The position numbers and the translations under genes were made by a program. From positions 108,620 through 172,619 of the forward strand of contig NIVC01000810.1 of assembly GCA_002269645.1 (NCBI GenBank): a stretch of 64,000 nt of DNA, written 5' to 3'. Below the pieces are notes generated by a model. It was not told the DNA's origin. It saw nothing but the letters and a program-made list of their open reading frames with translations, and searched no databases. Positions 25,901 through 37,750 of this stretch are shown here, in pieces (position 1 is the first letter of the stretch; each line of letters begins with the position of its first letter). Source of the stretch: Macrostomum lignano. Lineage: Eukaryota.

Positions 25901-28900
25901 AACACCAGCTGGACAGACGGAGCAGCCGTCAATCTGACAGCTGACACACCGGGTTGCTACTGGATGCCAATCAGCCACAGCTGCTCTTTGCAGTCACAGC
26001 GAAATGGAAACACAGCGCTTCAGCTGCTGTCAGTGAGTCTCACACTGGCCCATTGTTGCACCTGTGTATTGGGTGCATGGCAACAATGATCTGAAATTTA
26101 GCTGAGAAAACTGACTCATTTCAGAGCACGAACTCAAGCAGCACATTCTCAGTGACTGTGAGCAGGAGCTGGGGAAGCTCAGCATCAATTTTGTGTCGGG
26201 TGAACCAGTCAGGACTGTTCGATGAAATGGCTCGTCGCGAGCTGCCTGCAGTTCTGTGTAAGTGTCCATGTACTTCTGTTTGTTCTTGGATGCATGTTCT
26301 CCAGTTCAACAGTTAGATCCAATGCGGAACCAGTTCACCAGTTAGATCCAATGCGGAACCAGTTCACCAGTTAGATCCAATGCGGAACCAGTTCACCAGT
26401 TAGATCCAGTGCGGAACCAGTTCACCAGTTAGATCCAATGCGGAACCAGTTCACCAGTTAGATCTAATGCGGAACCAGTTCACCAGTTAGATCCAGTGCG
26501 GAACCAGTTCACCTGTTAGATCCAATGCGGAACCAGTTCACCAGTTAGATCCAATGCGGAACCAGTTCACCAGTTCAACCCCAATGCAGCTCACCTGACT
26601 GCCATACCGAACTGCATTTCAGACCGCAGCTCCGGCCTGTCAATCAAGCTGCCTCCTGGACGAATCCGCAGTGGAAGAGAAGCTCAAGTCACCCTGCAGA
26701 CTCTGGAAACAGGAAATCCGCCTGCTCAGCACTTCTGCTCAATCGGTGGAGCGAATCTGAAACAGCTCAGAGTGAGTTACTCACTGTGAATTGTCAATGC
26801 AAAAATTATGCCTACATTTATAAATTACCGACTTTTCTGACTTCAGCAGCCATCTGAGTCAAATGCTTCATCAGTGTGGCGACTCAATGCATCGGCCAGC
26901 CACAACCAGATGAGAATCATCTGCCAGGTCGCTCAGACTCATACAGACGGCACACTTGTATTCAATCAGTCTGTCAGCAGTGAGCAACTCGATGTGTCAT
27001 GTGAGTGGATTGCAGTTCAGCATCTCTGATCCATCAGCAACTCAGATTGCTGAGACAATTAGCCATCCATGCTCGCACCTGCACGAAAACAGACGCGTCA
27101 AACAGCTCATGGAATGCAACTCAGCCTTTGGTGATGAAGGAGGGCGAGCCTGTGTCAGTCTCAGTTCGGTCAGTCGGTGGCAACCCTGAGCCCAGTCACC
27201 AGTGCTGGCTGCGGACCGCTGATGGTGCCAATATCAGCATGATCAAAACCATTTCGATAAATGCTACAGATAAACTCCGCACTAACTTTAGTTTGACCTC
27301 AACATGGCGCATGCACGGTGTCTCTGTGATGTGCAGAGTCTGTCAGGAAGGAATTGAAGAACTAAGTTCGGAATTCCAGCAAACTGTGACTGTATTTTGT
27401 AAGCATTCAATGCACAGTGCTTTCCATAAATTGCTTATTCTCAGACCCAAAGCAACTGTCAGTCTCATTTTCTGAGATTTTCCTTCAGACCGGGCGAACG
27501 TCACTCTGCTGACATCCGGTTTCAACGGAACTCGCTATAACACAATGCTCAGCTTATCAAGTGGCAACCCGAGCGCCAGTGCTCAGTGCCACATCAATGG
27601 GGATTCTGTTGGCTCTGTGAGAAACTGTGTGGAGCTTCTCAATCTGTGTACTTAGTTCGAACTCTTTAATTTACTGTTCACTGTTGATGACTTCGAACCT
27701 TGCAGGATTCGGGGACATTGCACGAGAATGCATCCCACTCGCTGACGTACGAAAATGGCGTGCAAAATCAAGATAACTTGACCTTGTTCTGCGTGGTAAC
27801 GCAGGAAGGAGGAGACGTGAATTTCACAAAAATGTACAGCTGGACTTTGAATTTTAATGGTGAGTCGCTCTAGTCCTTGCCTAATCTAAAAGACAAAGAA
27901 TTGTGTAAAAAATATGCTCTGGTAAATCATCGATCCTTAGAGCTGCCAGAAACCGACGAGCCATTTGAAAGCTCACGAGATGCGAGTTTCTTTCTCTTTC
28001 TGTTCGGCCTGCTACCATTGCTGCTTTTAGCAGTTGCGATGCCAATTTTCATGCCACGCAAGCGTCTCGGGCTCAGATCCTCATCTCTGGAACTCGAACT
28101 GGAGTTTCGGAAGTCGCACTACCTGTACAAGGTAGGTCTGTGTTTTTGTCGTATTATCCTAGTGTCATCGACAATCTTTCGAGGGGGGAGGGGGAGAGGA
28201 CGGCCCACTGGCCCGGTGCAGCAACTAAGCAAAGAGCACATTGTCATAACACATTCATGACACTGTGCTCTTTGCTTAGTTGCTGCACCGGGCCAGTGGG
28301 CCGTCCTCTCCCCCTCCCCCCTCCTTAGATATTTTCTGACTCACTCACCTGCACTTCTGCGCGTGCGTACCCCTCCCCTCCCTGCCTAGACCTTTTCTGT
28401 TGAGTCAACCCCCCATGCTCTGCGTGCGACCCCCCCCCTGTGCGACCCGCCCCATTTTTGTTAGCTTTGCTGCCCCGCCCCTGTTTGTGATTGGCTGCCA
28501 GTCCCAGTCTGCCGTGCTGCGCCCCGGCGATTGGCTGGTACAGCTCATGCGTTGCCTTGGCTGATGTCTAAGCCCCCTTTTCTGCCTTTATCCCGCGCCC
28601 TCAACCCCCAGGTTTGCTGCCTATTTATTCAGACCCCCTTGAGACCCCATTCTCGTCGTCTTCGTGGCTCCTCGGCGATTGTGCCAGCGTTGGTTGCTGA
28701 ATTGCTATTCCTCGCAGAATTGCTAGACAAATATATAAGTAAAGAATATCGAGATCACCACTGCTCTGACGGCGCTGTTTCTTGTACGACTGAAATCGCG
28801 GCTGGTAAGCCTTCCAATTTGTACGTCATTTGGGTCTGCATCTGTACTAGGCACCTTAGAGGGATTAAGTGCGTCGTACGCCGGTCCCACCCCAAGCAGC

Positions 28901-31900
28901 TCTGCGTCGTACGCGAGTCTGTAGGCTGTCGTGCGTCGTACGCTCGAGCAGCCTAGTCCCGACGGACACCGCGTCGTACGCGTGTCAGTGGAGGACCGCA
29001 GCCAGGGTCAGTACACGAACCCGGGTCTGGGAAAGGGGCACGAAAGGACCGAGCCCTTGAGCCCCATCATCACACTAGCTGTGACCTACACGCCTTCAAA
29101 CACTCATCTGGGACAGGTTAAGCTACAAATATTCAGTTTAGGTAGTTTCTTGCCGTACCGATACTCTATGATTTGTACAACGCAGGATTATCAAAACGAC
29201 ACCTTTTTTCAATAGTAGTGCCCATTCTACTTTTGCATGCAATTGTCAACACGTGAATCTCCAAAAAATCTGTAGATTCGTCTCTATTCACCTAGACAAA
29301 CAGCTCTAGTAGTAGCCACCTTCTCCGTAAACTGGTGCTTCGATTACATTTTACATTTTGTAATGAACGCGCAACCGAGAGAACGTGTATTATTCAAGAG
29401 TGCCAAAGAGCATATTATATAGAGGGGCGAGGGGGGCTGAGCAATCGATAGCAACGTACATGATGCGAGAACTCAAAAACTCGTTAGTCACTCGTTCTAC
29501 TGGAAGGCCATAGATCTAGTCATGAAATTTCTTGCAGGCAATAACAACAGCCAGAGTCTCCTTCTCAATCTGAGCATAGTTCCTTTGCGTGTTGGTCAGC
29601 GCAGCCGATCCATACGCCACAGGCTGTCCATTCTGCAGCAAAACGCAACCAACTCCGACCGATGAACTGTCAACTTGAAGCTCAACTTCCATATCGGCGT
29701 CAAACAACCTTAGCACAGGAGCGTCCGACAGAACATCTTTTAGCTTCTCAAAAGCTTGCTGCTGCTTCTCTTGCCAGTCAAAAAGCACCTCCTTCTTGAG
29801 CAGGGCACGAAGAGGTTCAGTGATGTCCGACGCATTCGGAATAAACTTGCCCAGGTAGGTTGCCATGACAAGCAGCCGCATCACTGCCTGCTTATCACCT
29901 GGAACCGGAAGCTCTTGAATGGCTTTTACTTTAGCAGGATCTGGACGAACACCGTCAGATGAGATCACGTGACCAACATAGTTTACTGAAGAAACACCAA
30001 CTTTCAATTTCTTGCGATTTAGCTTTAAATTCGACTGACGGGCCTCACTGAGCACCTTGAGTAGCTTCTGACTTCTGATCGTGCTCTTCGCGGGTCCGTC
30101 CCCAGACAAGCATATCATCAACAATTACCTCAGCCCAGCTGCTGAAAATTTTGCTTAGCTCACGTCGGTAGACTTCCGGTGCATCAATAGTTCCTGGGGG
30201 CAGGCGAACGAACTTGTATCTGCCCCACGGAGTGTTGAAAGTACAGAGCTGTGTACTTTCTTCGTCAAGTCTTATCTGCCAAAAACCAGTCTTTGCATCC
30301 AGCACGGTGAAGTACTTGGCACCTGGAATGCGCGCAACAACTTGCTCGACTGTTGTCATCGGGTAGTGAGCGCGCTTGATAGCTTTGTTGAGATGTGTCG
30401 GATCGATACACAGTCGCAGGCTGCCATCTGGCTTGTGCACAGTAACCAAAGAGTTTACCCAATCCGTTGGCTCAGAAACTTTAACGATGATTCCGAGGGC
30501 CTCCATGCGCTTTAACTCCTCCTGAACCTTGCCTTGCAGCGCAAAGGGAATCTTTCTCGGAGCATTGACGACAGGAACAGCATGTTCATCGAGAGTAAAC
30601 GAGTGCACGTAAGGCAAACAGCCAAGTTTTTCGTCAAACAGGTCACTGAATTCCTCTAGCACGAACTTTTCGTCAACCACAGGTGGCTGTCTAACGCTTT
30701 CAACTCGTCGAATTAGGTCCAGATCCTTCAGCGCTGGTAAACCAAGGATTGCTTGTTGCACCTCTGAAACCATAAACTCTATCTCGCACGGCCGACCCTG
30801 CACCTTGACCTTCAAACGACACTTTCCAACGACAGGAATGCGAGCTCCTCCAAAAGCCGTCAACACAGTGTGAGTTTTTAGCAACTGCTCACCGACTGGG
30901 AAATAATCTGCTGGCAACACGCTCACCTCTGCTCCGGTGTCTAGCTTGCATTGCAGCTTTTTACCATCTGGAAGCTGAACTTCTGCTAACCAACTGGAAC
31001 CATTATCAGTCTGCAGCGTTCCGATAAAATACACCTCTTCACCAGCACTAGCATCCTCACCTTCAGCTGCTGTTACATTCATAACCCTCCGGTTATTGTT
31101 GCTTCGGCATTGACTGCGAAAGTGGTTCAGACGGCCACAGGACAGACACCGCTTACCAAAAGCCGGACACTTGCCATCACGATGACTGTAACCGCAGTTG
31201 TGACAGCGACTTTCTCCAGGAAGGCGTCCCTGAAGTTGACTCGGGTTCGAACTTTGGCCAGGTTGGCCCTGCGCCGTCGACTGGGCCGCTGTACTCGACA
31301 CTGGGCGCCCTGAGTTGCGGATTTGTTGCTGTCGAGGCGCTGCCGGAGCAGGTGACAACCTTACGACGTTTAGGCCTTTCTCGACTTCCTTTAGCTGATG
31401 TCGCGCGGACTCTGCAGCTCTGCACATGTCAATTGCCGTTCTCAGGTCCAAGTCCGGTTCTCGAAGTAGCCGCTCTCGCATTCGTGAGTCGTTGCACCCC
31501 AGAACAATCTTGTCTCGAATCATTTTCTCTTTTAGTGTTTCGAAATTGCACGTTCCAGCCAGACGTTTCAAATCAGTCCCAAACAGGTCGACTGGCTCAG
31601 ACTCCTTCTGGTCGCGTTCCCAGAACTTAAAACGCTCGAAGACTTCGCTCGTACGCGGACTGAAGTGCTCGTCGAATAGCTCCAGCAACTCGTCAAAAGC
31701 TATTGGTCGCCATGTAATGAACGCGCAACCGAGAGAACGTGTATTATTCAAGAGTGCCAAAAAGCATATTATATAGAGGGGCGAGGGGGGCTGAGCAATC
31801 GATAGCAACGTACATGATTGGGGGACGGGGCGGCTGGGGCGCAGATGTGCGTACAATAAATTATAGTTACAAGTGCATCACTGACACATTTCACGATGAC

Positions 31901-32137
31901 ATCATGAGTACTGCAACTAATTAACCTCTTCGTTTTTTAGGCTTAATTAGGCTTCTGAATCAATGTTGACCGGAAAATCTCAATTTACCCCAGGACCTGT
32001 CCCGCATGGAGTACGCCACGGTGGTCAGTCCCGACCCGTCGGCCCCCCATCGGTCGGACAGTCTCGAGACGATCTACGAGAAGATCATCGGACACATCGA
32101 CGAGCACGGCGAGCTGGTGACGTCATGGGATATGTAG
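13934..32137 (+). CDS. Receptor paralog C: signal peptide, F-type lectin, 5 Ig-like domains, TM, ITSM tail (about 821 aa, apparently intact)
   Basis: 14 exons: 13934-13991, 14215-14439, 14514-14710, 25128-25448, 25530-25671, 25869-26032, 26125-26257, 26623-26771, 26847-27000, 27093-27398, 27489-27616, 27706-27859, 27941-28131, 31994-32137. The summed CDS is 2466 nt with no internal stop. Tail YLYK|DLSRMEYATV...ETIYEKI. Confidence 0.8.
16585..20436 (+). CDS. Gag-Pol polyprotein of Ty3/Gypsy element Y (intact 1283-aa ORF, chimeric N-terminus)
   Basis: Gag with CCHC knuckle CRRCGKTNHFAKMC, protease IDCGA, RT LDLRQGY/IVDDILV, RNase H CDASLDGLG, integrase HHCC and DNGPQF, in PR-RT-RH-IN order. 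Confidence 0.95.
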   Translation: MPRARVQAGSCLHRRLQLGGVLPHQAESRKKAILLHLLGEEGRRRAANVDASKSLQETKTALKAIFSSSRSVIAERFAFRQRAQHDGESIGDYVMALRELATNCKFGTFHDEIIRDQLVEKTCVPRIRERLLMEEDDLTLDDAIKKAERIEAAIRDAKQVSGPELHVKALSKKPKPAARHEKTAAAGPKCTRCGGNHGHKGECKAMGQKCRRCGKTNHFAKMCRMNAVSAIDTKEPAESSLTVLAVNNKSTDSLFCECRLGGQLIRLQIDCGAAVSLINMETFKKSFARHPLLPTSTKLEAYGGSAIKTIGKVELPVTFNGIRTEATFYVADKGANILGRDLFQALGFKIFQGDNRVMSISETTIERDFPGIFDGLGRSKSFIHRTKIDASVKPVSQPMRKLPIGLKDEVTSEISRMEQQGIIEKVDASEWVSNVVVTRKKESNKVRLCVDLRQVNKAVIADRYPVPSIEDLSASINGSKCFSKLDLRQGYQQIPLHPDSRGLTCFITDAGLYQFTVVPFGLSSSGAAFQRALQTVLRGAPGAINIVDDILVHGKDETEHDKNLREVLGRIHREGFTLNREKCKFRQASVDFFGLVISADGIKPTKCNVDAILRIPEPSTVAQIQSFLGAVNFLHKFIPHYSAIAEPLRQLLKKDADWHWGERERTAFRTLKSAVTSSPVLAHFDCQAETYVTCDASLDGLGAVLSQVQNEKEVPIAFASRALSPAEKRYSAGEREALACVWSIERWHYYLYGRRVTLRTDHKALTTLLDSKGMGHRPLRIHRWVERLRGYDVRFEHIPGADNKCADMLSRWATTERVPAEETDEEGYVYAVVDSKTTLTADALATATKEDEVLQAVLQYISGGWPSKVDSSLKPYFNVRDELFCWNNGQCLGRGERAIIPTSLRLQVIEEAHEGHPGVVRSKQRCRDTVWFPGIDRQVEDYVKNCTACTLAEKSGKPQQTIVTPIEWPDGPWDKVEIDIFGEVAAAPRHQRFLLVIHDLYSKWPEIAAMETVTSANIIKTLRKLFGRWGVPKMLISDNGPQFVSDEFEEFLRAEGIKHSRVSRYYPQGNGGVERFNRSLKEGLAANLRAGAKFEDAIDLVLKTYRTSQHALTGLTPAELMIGRKLRSGLQLLRPTPVQQRDDSDLRDSIAQRQAKNADYTNKRRRARDSMLQAGDWVWRQTPYRAHKLATRLKEPLKIASKAGRNTFVLSDGTKWQASRLVKCNSPPADNGAADQEDDWFDLPLPPAPPPRTGEPPPPPELRRSTRARRQPARYPLPEGGRM
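20432..20644 (+). mobile_element. 3' LTR of element Y (no matching 5' LTR)
   Basis: Follows PPT ggaaggggggagaa. TG...CA termini, TATA gtataaatat. Followed by gatac, the presumed TSD. Confidence 0.85.
26322..26575. repeat. 29-bp intronic minisatellite in paralog C (shorter array at 40110-40290 in D)
   Basis: Unit agttagatccaatgcggaaccagttcacc. Confidence 0.9.
28181..28323. repeat. 143-bp near-perfect palindrome (fold-back/MITE-like)
   Basis: 28181-28240 is the exact reverse complement of 28264-28323. The stem extends via tgtcat/atgaca. Confidence 0.9.
29359..31814 (-). mobile_element. Internally deleted Ty3/Gypsy element W in the last intron of paralog C
   Basis: 102-bp LTRs at 29359-29460 and 31713-31814 (1 mismatch). 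PBS tggcgacc on the minus strand. gag/knuckle/protease (LDTGA)/RT (VDDML) in ORF 30045-31856 and RNase H in 29516-30124. No integrase or PPT. Confidence 0.88.
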
Positions 32138-33009
32138 GGTGGGGCATTGTAAGGCGATCAAGGCAGATGTGGAATCGCTTTAGTTTGGTTGCCTGTAAAC
32201 TTTTTGGAATTTAAAGGTGTGTTTTAGATTTGTTTTGCTTTGTTCAAAGGCAAGGCAAAGCTCACCTTGAGGAATCGAGAAATGTATGAACTCGTAGAAG
32301 ATGAAGCAAGCCATTTGACGGAGCAATTCGTATCAATCCCAAAAGCTGAACCCTGATTTATGTTAGTATGCCTCATCTCTAAAATAGATGCTAAGAATTG
32401 TAGAGGTAATATCGAATGACGCCTTGATTGCAAAGCGACCATGGTAATGTATCGCCGAAGTCCGTGATGATGGCGAATGAAATACCTGAGAGGAAATTCG
32501 GTCTAAGAAAGCTATCTTCATGATTTATGCGAATAAGAGCAAATAGACTATCGATAGAAAGTTTTCGCTGAAATGTGCTAAATGCTACATCTACCAATGC
32601 CTGTATCGATGATGACCGATTTTGGTTGTCATAGCAATGGAAAATTCATTTTGTTTTTGATGACTAGCAGAACTTTGCTCTCAAAAATGATGTGTTTAAT
32701 TTTTTAAACAAGTTTATCTCGGAAAATATTCACTCTAGAGTTTTTATCATTTTTTTGCTATTTTGTTATTCAGAGGCTTTTCAATAAGGAACAGCAAATT
32801 ATTGATTAGGACTGCTCACTACACTCGGTTTTTATTTATAAGGAAACGATTAAGTTTCTATGAGGAAAATTATCCCTGAAGATATTCTGTTACGAGAGCT
32901 GTGCTGAAATTCTTAAGTCATACTAATATGGTAATAATATGCCTATGGGAATACAAAATTACGAGCTACAGCTGTTTAAAGTACTCTCTGGCAACACGAA
33001 TGCATGATT

Positions 33010-33260
33010 TAACACAACAAAACAGTCTCGGATTCTTCGGATTCGAACCGCTGACCTTTAGCTCCTGTTTGTCTTTCTGGAACAGCGAGCGGTCGCAGGT
33101 AGTTGAGGTCTCAAGAATTGGGCTGGTGGGTTACGAGATGGACGTTCTTAGCGCCCAAAAAGTCCAGAGAGTTCCTGCTTGGTTTTAGTTGGTGGCATCG
33201 TCGTGATGCAACAGAATTCCGCGGTTTCCGGTTCTTGGGCGCTGGTTGCGGAGCTCCTGA
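33010..33260 (-). mobile_element. Degenerate mariner/Tc1 transposase C-terminal fragment
   Basis: Minus-strand frames give LHHDDA, VTHQPNS*DLN, CDRSLF and KGQRFESEE, resembling the mariner LHDNA / HPPYSPDLAPCD / LKG-RF-S-EE motifs, with stops and frameshifts. Confidence 0.6.
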
Positions 33261-33999
33261 AAGACTTTGAGCAACCACCATCTGTTTGCCAACAACTTTT
33301 TGATAGAAGTTTTTTAAAGCCGCACTGGTCGGAATTGCTGACTTTGAGAAATTTATGGCGGTTTCGATTAAAACAAACAACTTGAGGGCGGCTAGCTGCG
33401 GGATGTTCTCTGAAAACTAAAGTGTAAATACCGCGTAGAGCATATGCTATTTGTATCCCTGAATTTTTAAACCTTATGCGGTGTATTGTGACTAACGACT
33501 TTTAATACGGTCCTCGGTTGATCTACGCTTTCAATAACATTAGAGATGGTTATCACTCTTTGTGGTTTCATTTCCTTTTAGCTAGCATTGTTTATTGCAC
33601 AGTAAAAATGTAAACAGAATTTTGAAAAAAAAATATATTTTCCAATAAATTTTCTTTTGTGATGCCTGTTGCGACTACAAATTTAGACTTTGTTAGCAAT
33701 ACAACAGTGTACAGTATAGGTTAAAAAATACGCTCCTAAATTGGAAAGCATGTTTAATATACTAAAATGTGTGTTAACAATAACAGCCGTTTTTTTACTT
33801 GTCAACTGCCATGCTCATTCTAATGCCTAAAAATTCTGAAAATTCTTTTTGAAGTTTTTATCTTCGATAGTTTGGGATCATCGGAGCAGCCAGCTGGTCA
33901 TTCATCCACCAGCTGGCCGACAAAAGTTTGCCGCTGTCGCTGAGCTCACACCTGGATTAAAGACGGTACCAGAGGCTCATGGCCAGGATGCATTATTTG

Positions 34000-34300
34000 C
34001 CGAGGCAGCAAGTTGAACTCACTGGGTGGTAGGGGAGCCGAGCACCAGCTTTGCAAGTAGTTGCTGCATGACCGTCAGCGCCAAGCGAGACTTTTTGGTG
34101 CAGGTACCTTGCTCGTTGTCAGTCCGGGGTGCACAGTTGGCAAACTCTGGTGTCTGGTGTATTCCGAAACAAACGAGCCTTATTGGTGTGGCTTGAATCT
34201 GCAAAGGGTGGTCTGATTTTCGAGTACTTGTTTTGCGATGCTCCACATCTTGCCACTGGTAGCATGGAAATTTAGAAAAACTCACGATCCTTGCCGTTGT
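34000..34300 (-). mobile_element. Possible non-LTR (LINE) 3' remnant
   Basis: Minus frame RLFRNTPDTRVCQLC resembles the LINE C-terminal zinc-knuckle region. Heavily decayed. Confidence 0.3.
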
Positions 34301-35399
34301 CTTTAACGCAGGTTGGAGGTGGCCGTCCTGTCCATAAGCTTCTTTATCCGTGTCTAAAATAAGACTCGAACTCACGATGGGCCTACTAGCGCTATGCCGT
34401 TGTTAGAAACACGTCCTCTCGGTGCCGGCCCGCAGTAAGTCAAGAGGTTCGCTTCACACTTGCTTCTTGCTTCTCCTCTGTGGCTTGAATGCGGTATCTT
34501 ACACAGGGTTATCTCCAGATCCGAGGTAATCCCACTCAATTTGGGATTCCTCGTCGGCTAGCGCGTGATTGTGGGTGGTGCATGATAGGTTTTGATTGGT
34601 TCGTCGGGCTGCCTGCATCATGCGTTGGTGAATGTCAGCTGACATTGACAAACCAGTTTAGAAGTATGGGCAGTTGGTCGGAGCTGAGGGCCTTTGGCGT
34701 ACTTCAGCTCCAGCGTCGTCGATGTTGTAGAATGATCGGACATGGGACGAGGCCGATCCATCTCAATTGAGCTAATCCCAAGCGGCAGTTCAAACACCAA
34801 TACACCAACTGATGCAGGTGATACATTGATACACCAGCTGATACACTTGATTCATTGCGGACTATCATGCTGCCTTATTCAGTGCGACGACTGCTGCCAC
34901 TGGGCAGCAGATGACAGAGACAGTCAGCAGCACGCTGAAAAAGCTAGCCAGTCCAACTGCGACTATAACGCTCGTCCGAAGCTGCGAGGACTTGAGTGAG
35001 GGGCTGATCCTCTACTACCACGTACGCTCTTAGGCAGACAAACGAAACTGATGACGAATGAACAGACGGGCTGTTCCACGTGTCCGCGTCCTCTACCATC
35101 CGAACTGATGACCCAAGGTGCTTCAAGAAGAGGCTGATGGATGACTCGTATAATCAAGGAGAAGCAACGCTGAAGGAAGTAACTCGGTAAGCCATTTTCC
35201 TGACCTGTTTTCTTTATAAATATTTTTTGGCCTGCTAATCAACTTCTAATACAGAAATCTCGTCACACTCGCTTCTCCATATACTTCCATGCATCAGTCT
35301 TCATTTGTGGTCAACATCCTGACACACGAACAATGTATAGGCAACAGGAATTGCTTGCCCGCAATTCTAAATTGCATTTCTAAAATTTCTGCGGTCAAT

Positions 35400-37750
35400 G
35401 CTGTAGAGTGAGTAAAGCCGCGAGAGAGAGAGCTATGAATTGTGCTGAACCGAGAAAGCCTCAAACCACATAGAATCGATTTATATTTTTATGTGTCTGT
35501 GACTCTGCACTTAACAATGCGCACACTCAACACCGAGGAATCAACGCGAGGAAGCACACTGGATGTACATAGCGTATGTACAGCGGGAGCATAAATCATT
35601 GCCATACAAGCTACCGGGCACTAGGCACCTCCAATTCTTCTCAAACCGAAAAGATTTCCAGGGGATAAAAAGCAAAAGAAACAAACACAATTACTTGGCT
35701 TTCAGTTCAAGCACCAAAGCAATAAAAAATCTCAGTTTTTAGCTGAGCACACTATCTCCAGCAGTTCTTGGGTGCTCTCGCGTTGCGATGCTACCGCTGG
35801 ATAGGTCGGCGGGCTAGACGGCAGGTGCACCAGTAGCAGGTCGACCAGGGACCGCAGCTGTGAGACTTGGCGCATGTAGGACTGCTCGCCACGCTGCAGG
35901 ACACACGTGTCTCCCCTGGACCTACTTGACTGTCCACGGACGTGGCTCAAACGGCAGCTGCAGTTTGTTTGGTTGACGCTTTCTCAAAACTCTGTTTCCG
36001 ACTCTGAGGCCGTGCTCCTTGACAACCGTGCCGCCATCAAACCGTCCCTTCTTGTTCTGGACATGGTTTTTGTTCCAGCCTTTAACCTCTTCGTGGTTGA
36101 CATTGACGAACTTTGCAGGTTTGATGGTCGGGATGCCGTCGTTAATCGTCCTGCCCATGAAAAGCTCCGCCGGTGCGCGGCCGGTCGCTCGATGTGGCAT
36201 CGTGCGGAACGCCAGCAGCCAGTCCCCGATGGCCTCCCACCAGTTCCGACCTTCGGCCAACGCCGTCTGAATCGCTTTCCCGACGCTGCGGTTGACTCGC
36301 TCCGTCGCTCTGTTGGATTCTGGGTGCAGCGGGCAGATCAGGCGGTGATGGATGCCGTACAAGGCGAGGAAGCTGCGAAAAGCTGCCGAGCAGAACGGTG
36401 GGCCGTTGTCGGTGACCACCTTGATGGGGATGCCGTATCTGCTGAACAGCCTCCGCATGTAGGGGATCACGCTTCCCGCCGTCGTCGAGCATCTGGCCTT
36501 GCACTGGGCAGTAGAAATCCATTCCTAGCAGCCAGGCACCGTCCGGAATATCCATCGGTCTTAAAGGCTGTGGTTGCCTCACTCCGATGGCCGCATCCTG
36601 TGTGCGGCATAGGACGAAGAGGCCCTCGCCGTCTATGATGTGAAAGGTCACGATGGTTCTGGCCGCTCCCACTTTGATTTCAAGGTCGGCGGTTCACAAT
36701 CCTGATGGGTGTCGGTACCCCGTCGGCGTGCCAAGTTCGGCCATTTTAGGAAGTGAACTTGGCAGGCTGAGCGTGCTGAAGGTGCAGAGATCATGATGCT
36801 GCAGCTGGCTCCGCTCTCGATCATCATAAGAGGTCACCTGCACAGTCAGCGAGACGTCGGAGGGGTATTTGTCGCTGTTGAACAGGGTGAACACGTCCTC
36901 GTTGATGGAGCCAGCGGCAGCTGTAAAGACAGCGTTGGTGCTAATTCACTGCTGTTTGACTGCCGAGGCTGACGGCAGGCAAGAGCAGGGGGGTTGGGCC
37001 TTCCGCAGTTGTGGCAGATCTTTCCCTTGGCTGCATTGCAGATGGGGGGGCCTTTCTCGCTGCAGCGGTAGCAGGTGCACTGCGGCTGTCGCCGAGCCTG
37101 CTGTTCATCTGAGCCGGGCCACGCCGGTTCGTCCTCACCTTGTCGCCCTTGGCAACGCTGGCCATGTGCGAGTCTGCCTTCTCCATCTCGGTTCCTCAGT
37201 AGCTTCGAACGCCCTCGCCTTCCGCAGGGCCTCCTCCAGACTGATGTTTGCCTCCTGAAGCAGCCGCCTGCACAGTTTGTCCGAACTGCAGGTTGCTTGG
37301 GTGACTTGGCCGTCCTCTGTGGTCGCAGCAGGCTTGGCCTCCTCGCGGATGATATCGGCGATTTCCGTGCCTGCTGTGTAGCTGGGTAGTTACTTTTGCT
37401 TCTCGTTGGCGATACCTGATGGACGCATCGATGAAATCTTCAAGCCGGGGTTGAACGCGTTGTGAGGGTCTGCTGACACGGAGAATGACTCAGGTGGGGG
37501 CAGTCAGAGAAATTTGGCTGCCATAATAACGCCACTGAGAGTAAAGCCGAGAGAGAGCCGTGTGCCGTGTGGAACCGAAATAGTCTTCAACCCACGTACG
37601 ACTCCGTGTGACCGATTTCAGTTTGTATTTAGCAGCGACTCTGCAGTTGACAGTGCGTACAGTATACACGAGGAAGCACATTGGATGTACATAGCATATG
37701 TACACCAGGAGCATGTCATACAAGCTACGGGCATCAGGGTTGCTACAGAC
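35400..37750 (-). mobile_element. Decayed Ty3/Gypsy remnant between paralogs C and D
   Basis: Integrase core (RLFSRYGIP...TDNGPPF...ERVNR) at 35922-36470. PBS-like tggcagcc at about 37520. Diverged LTR-like segments at about 35400-35620 and 37524-37748 share gaggaagcac..tggatgtacatagc. Confidence 0.75.

Noticed and set aside
32624-32638. X-box-like gttgtcatagcaat
   Set aside because: It has one mismatch and no ciliary gene start nearby, so it could be chance.
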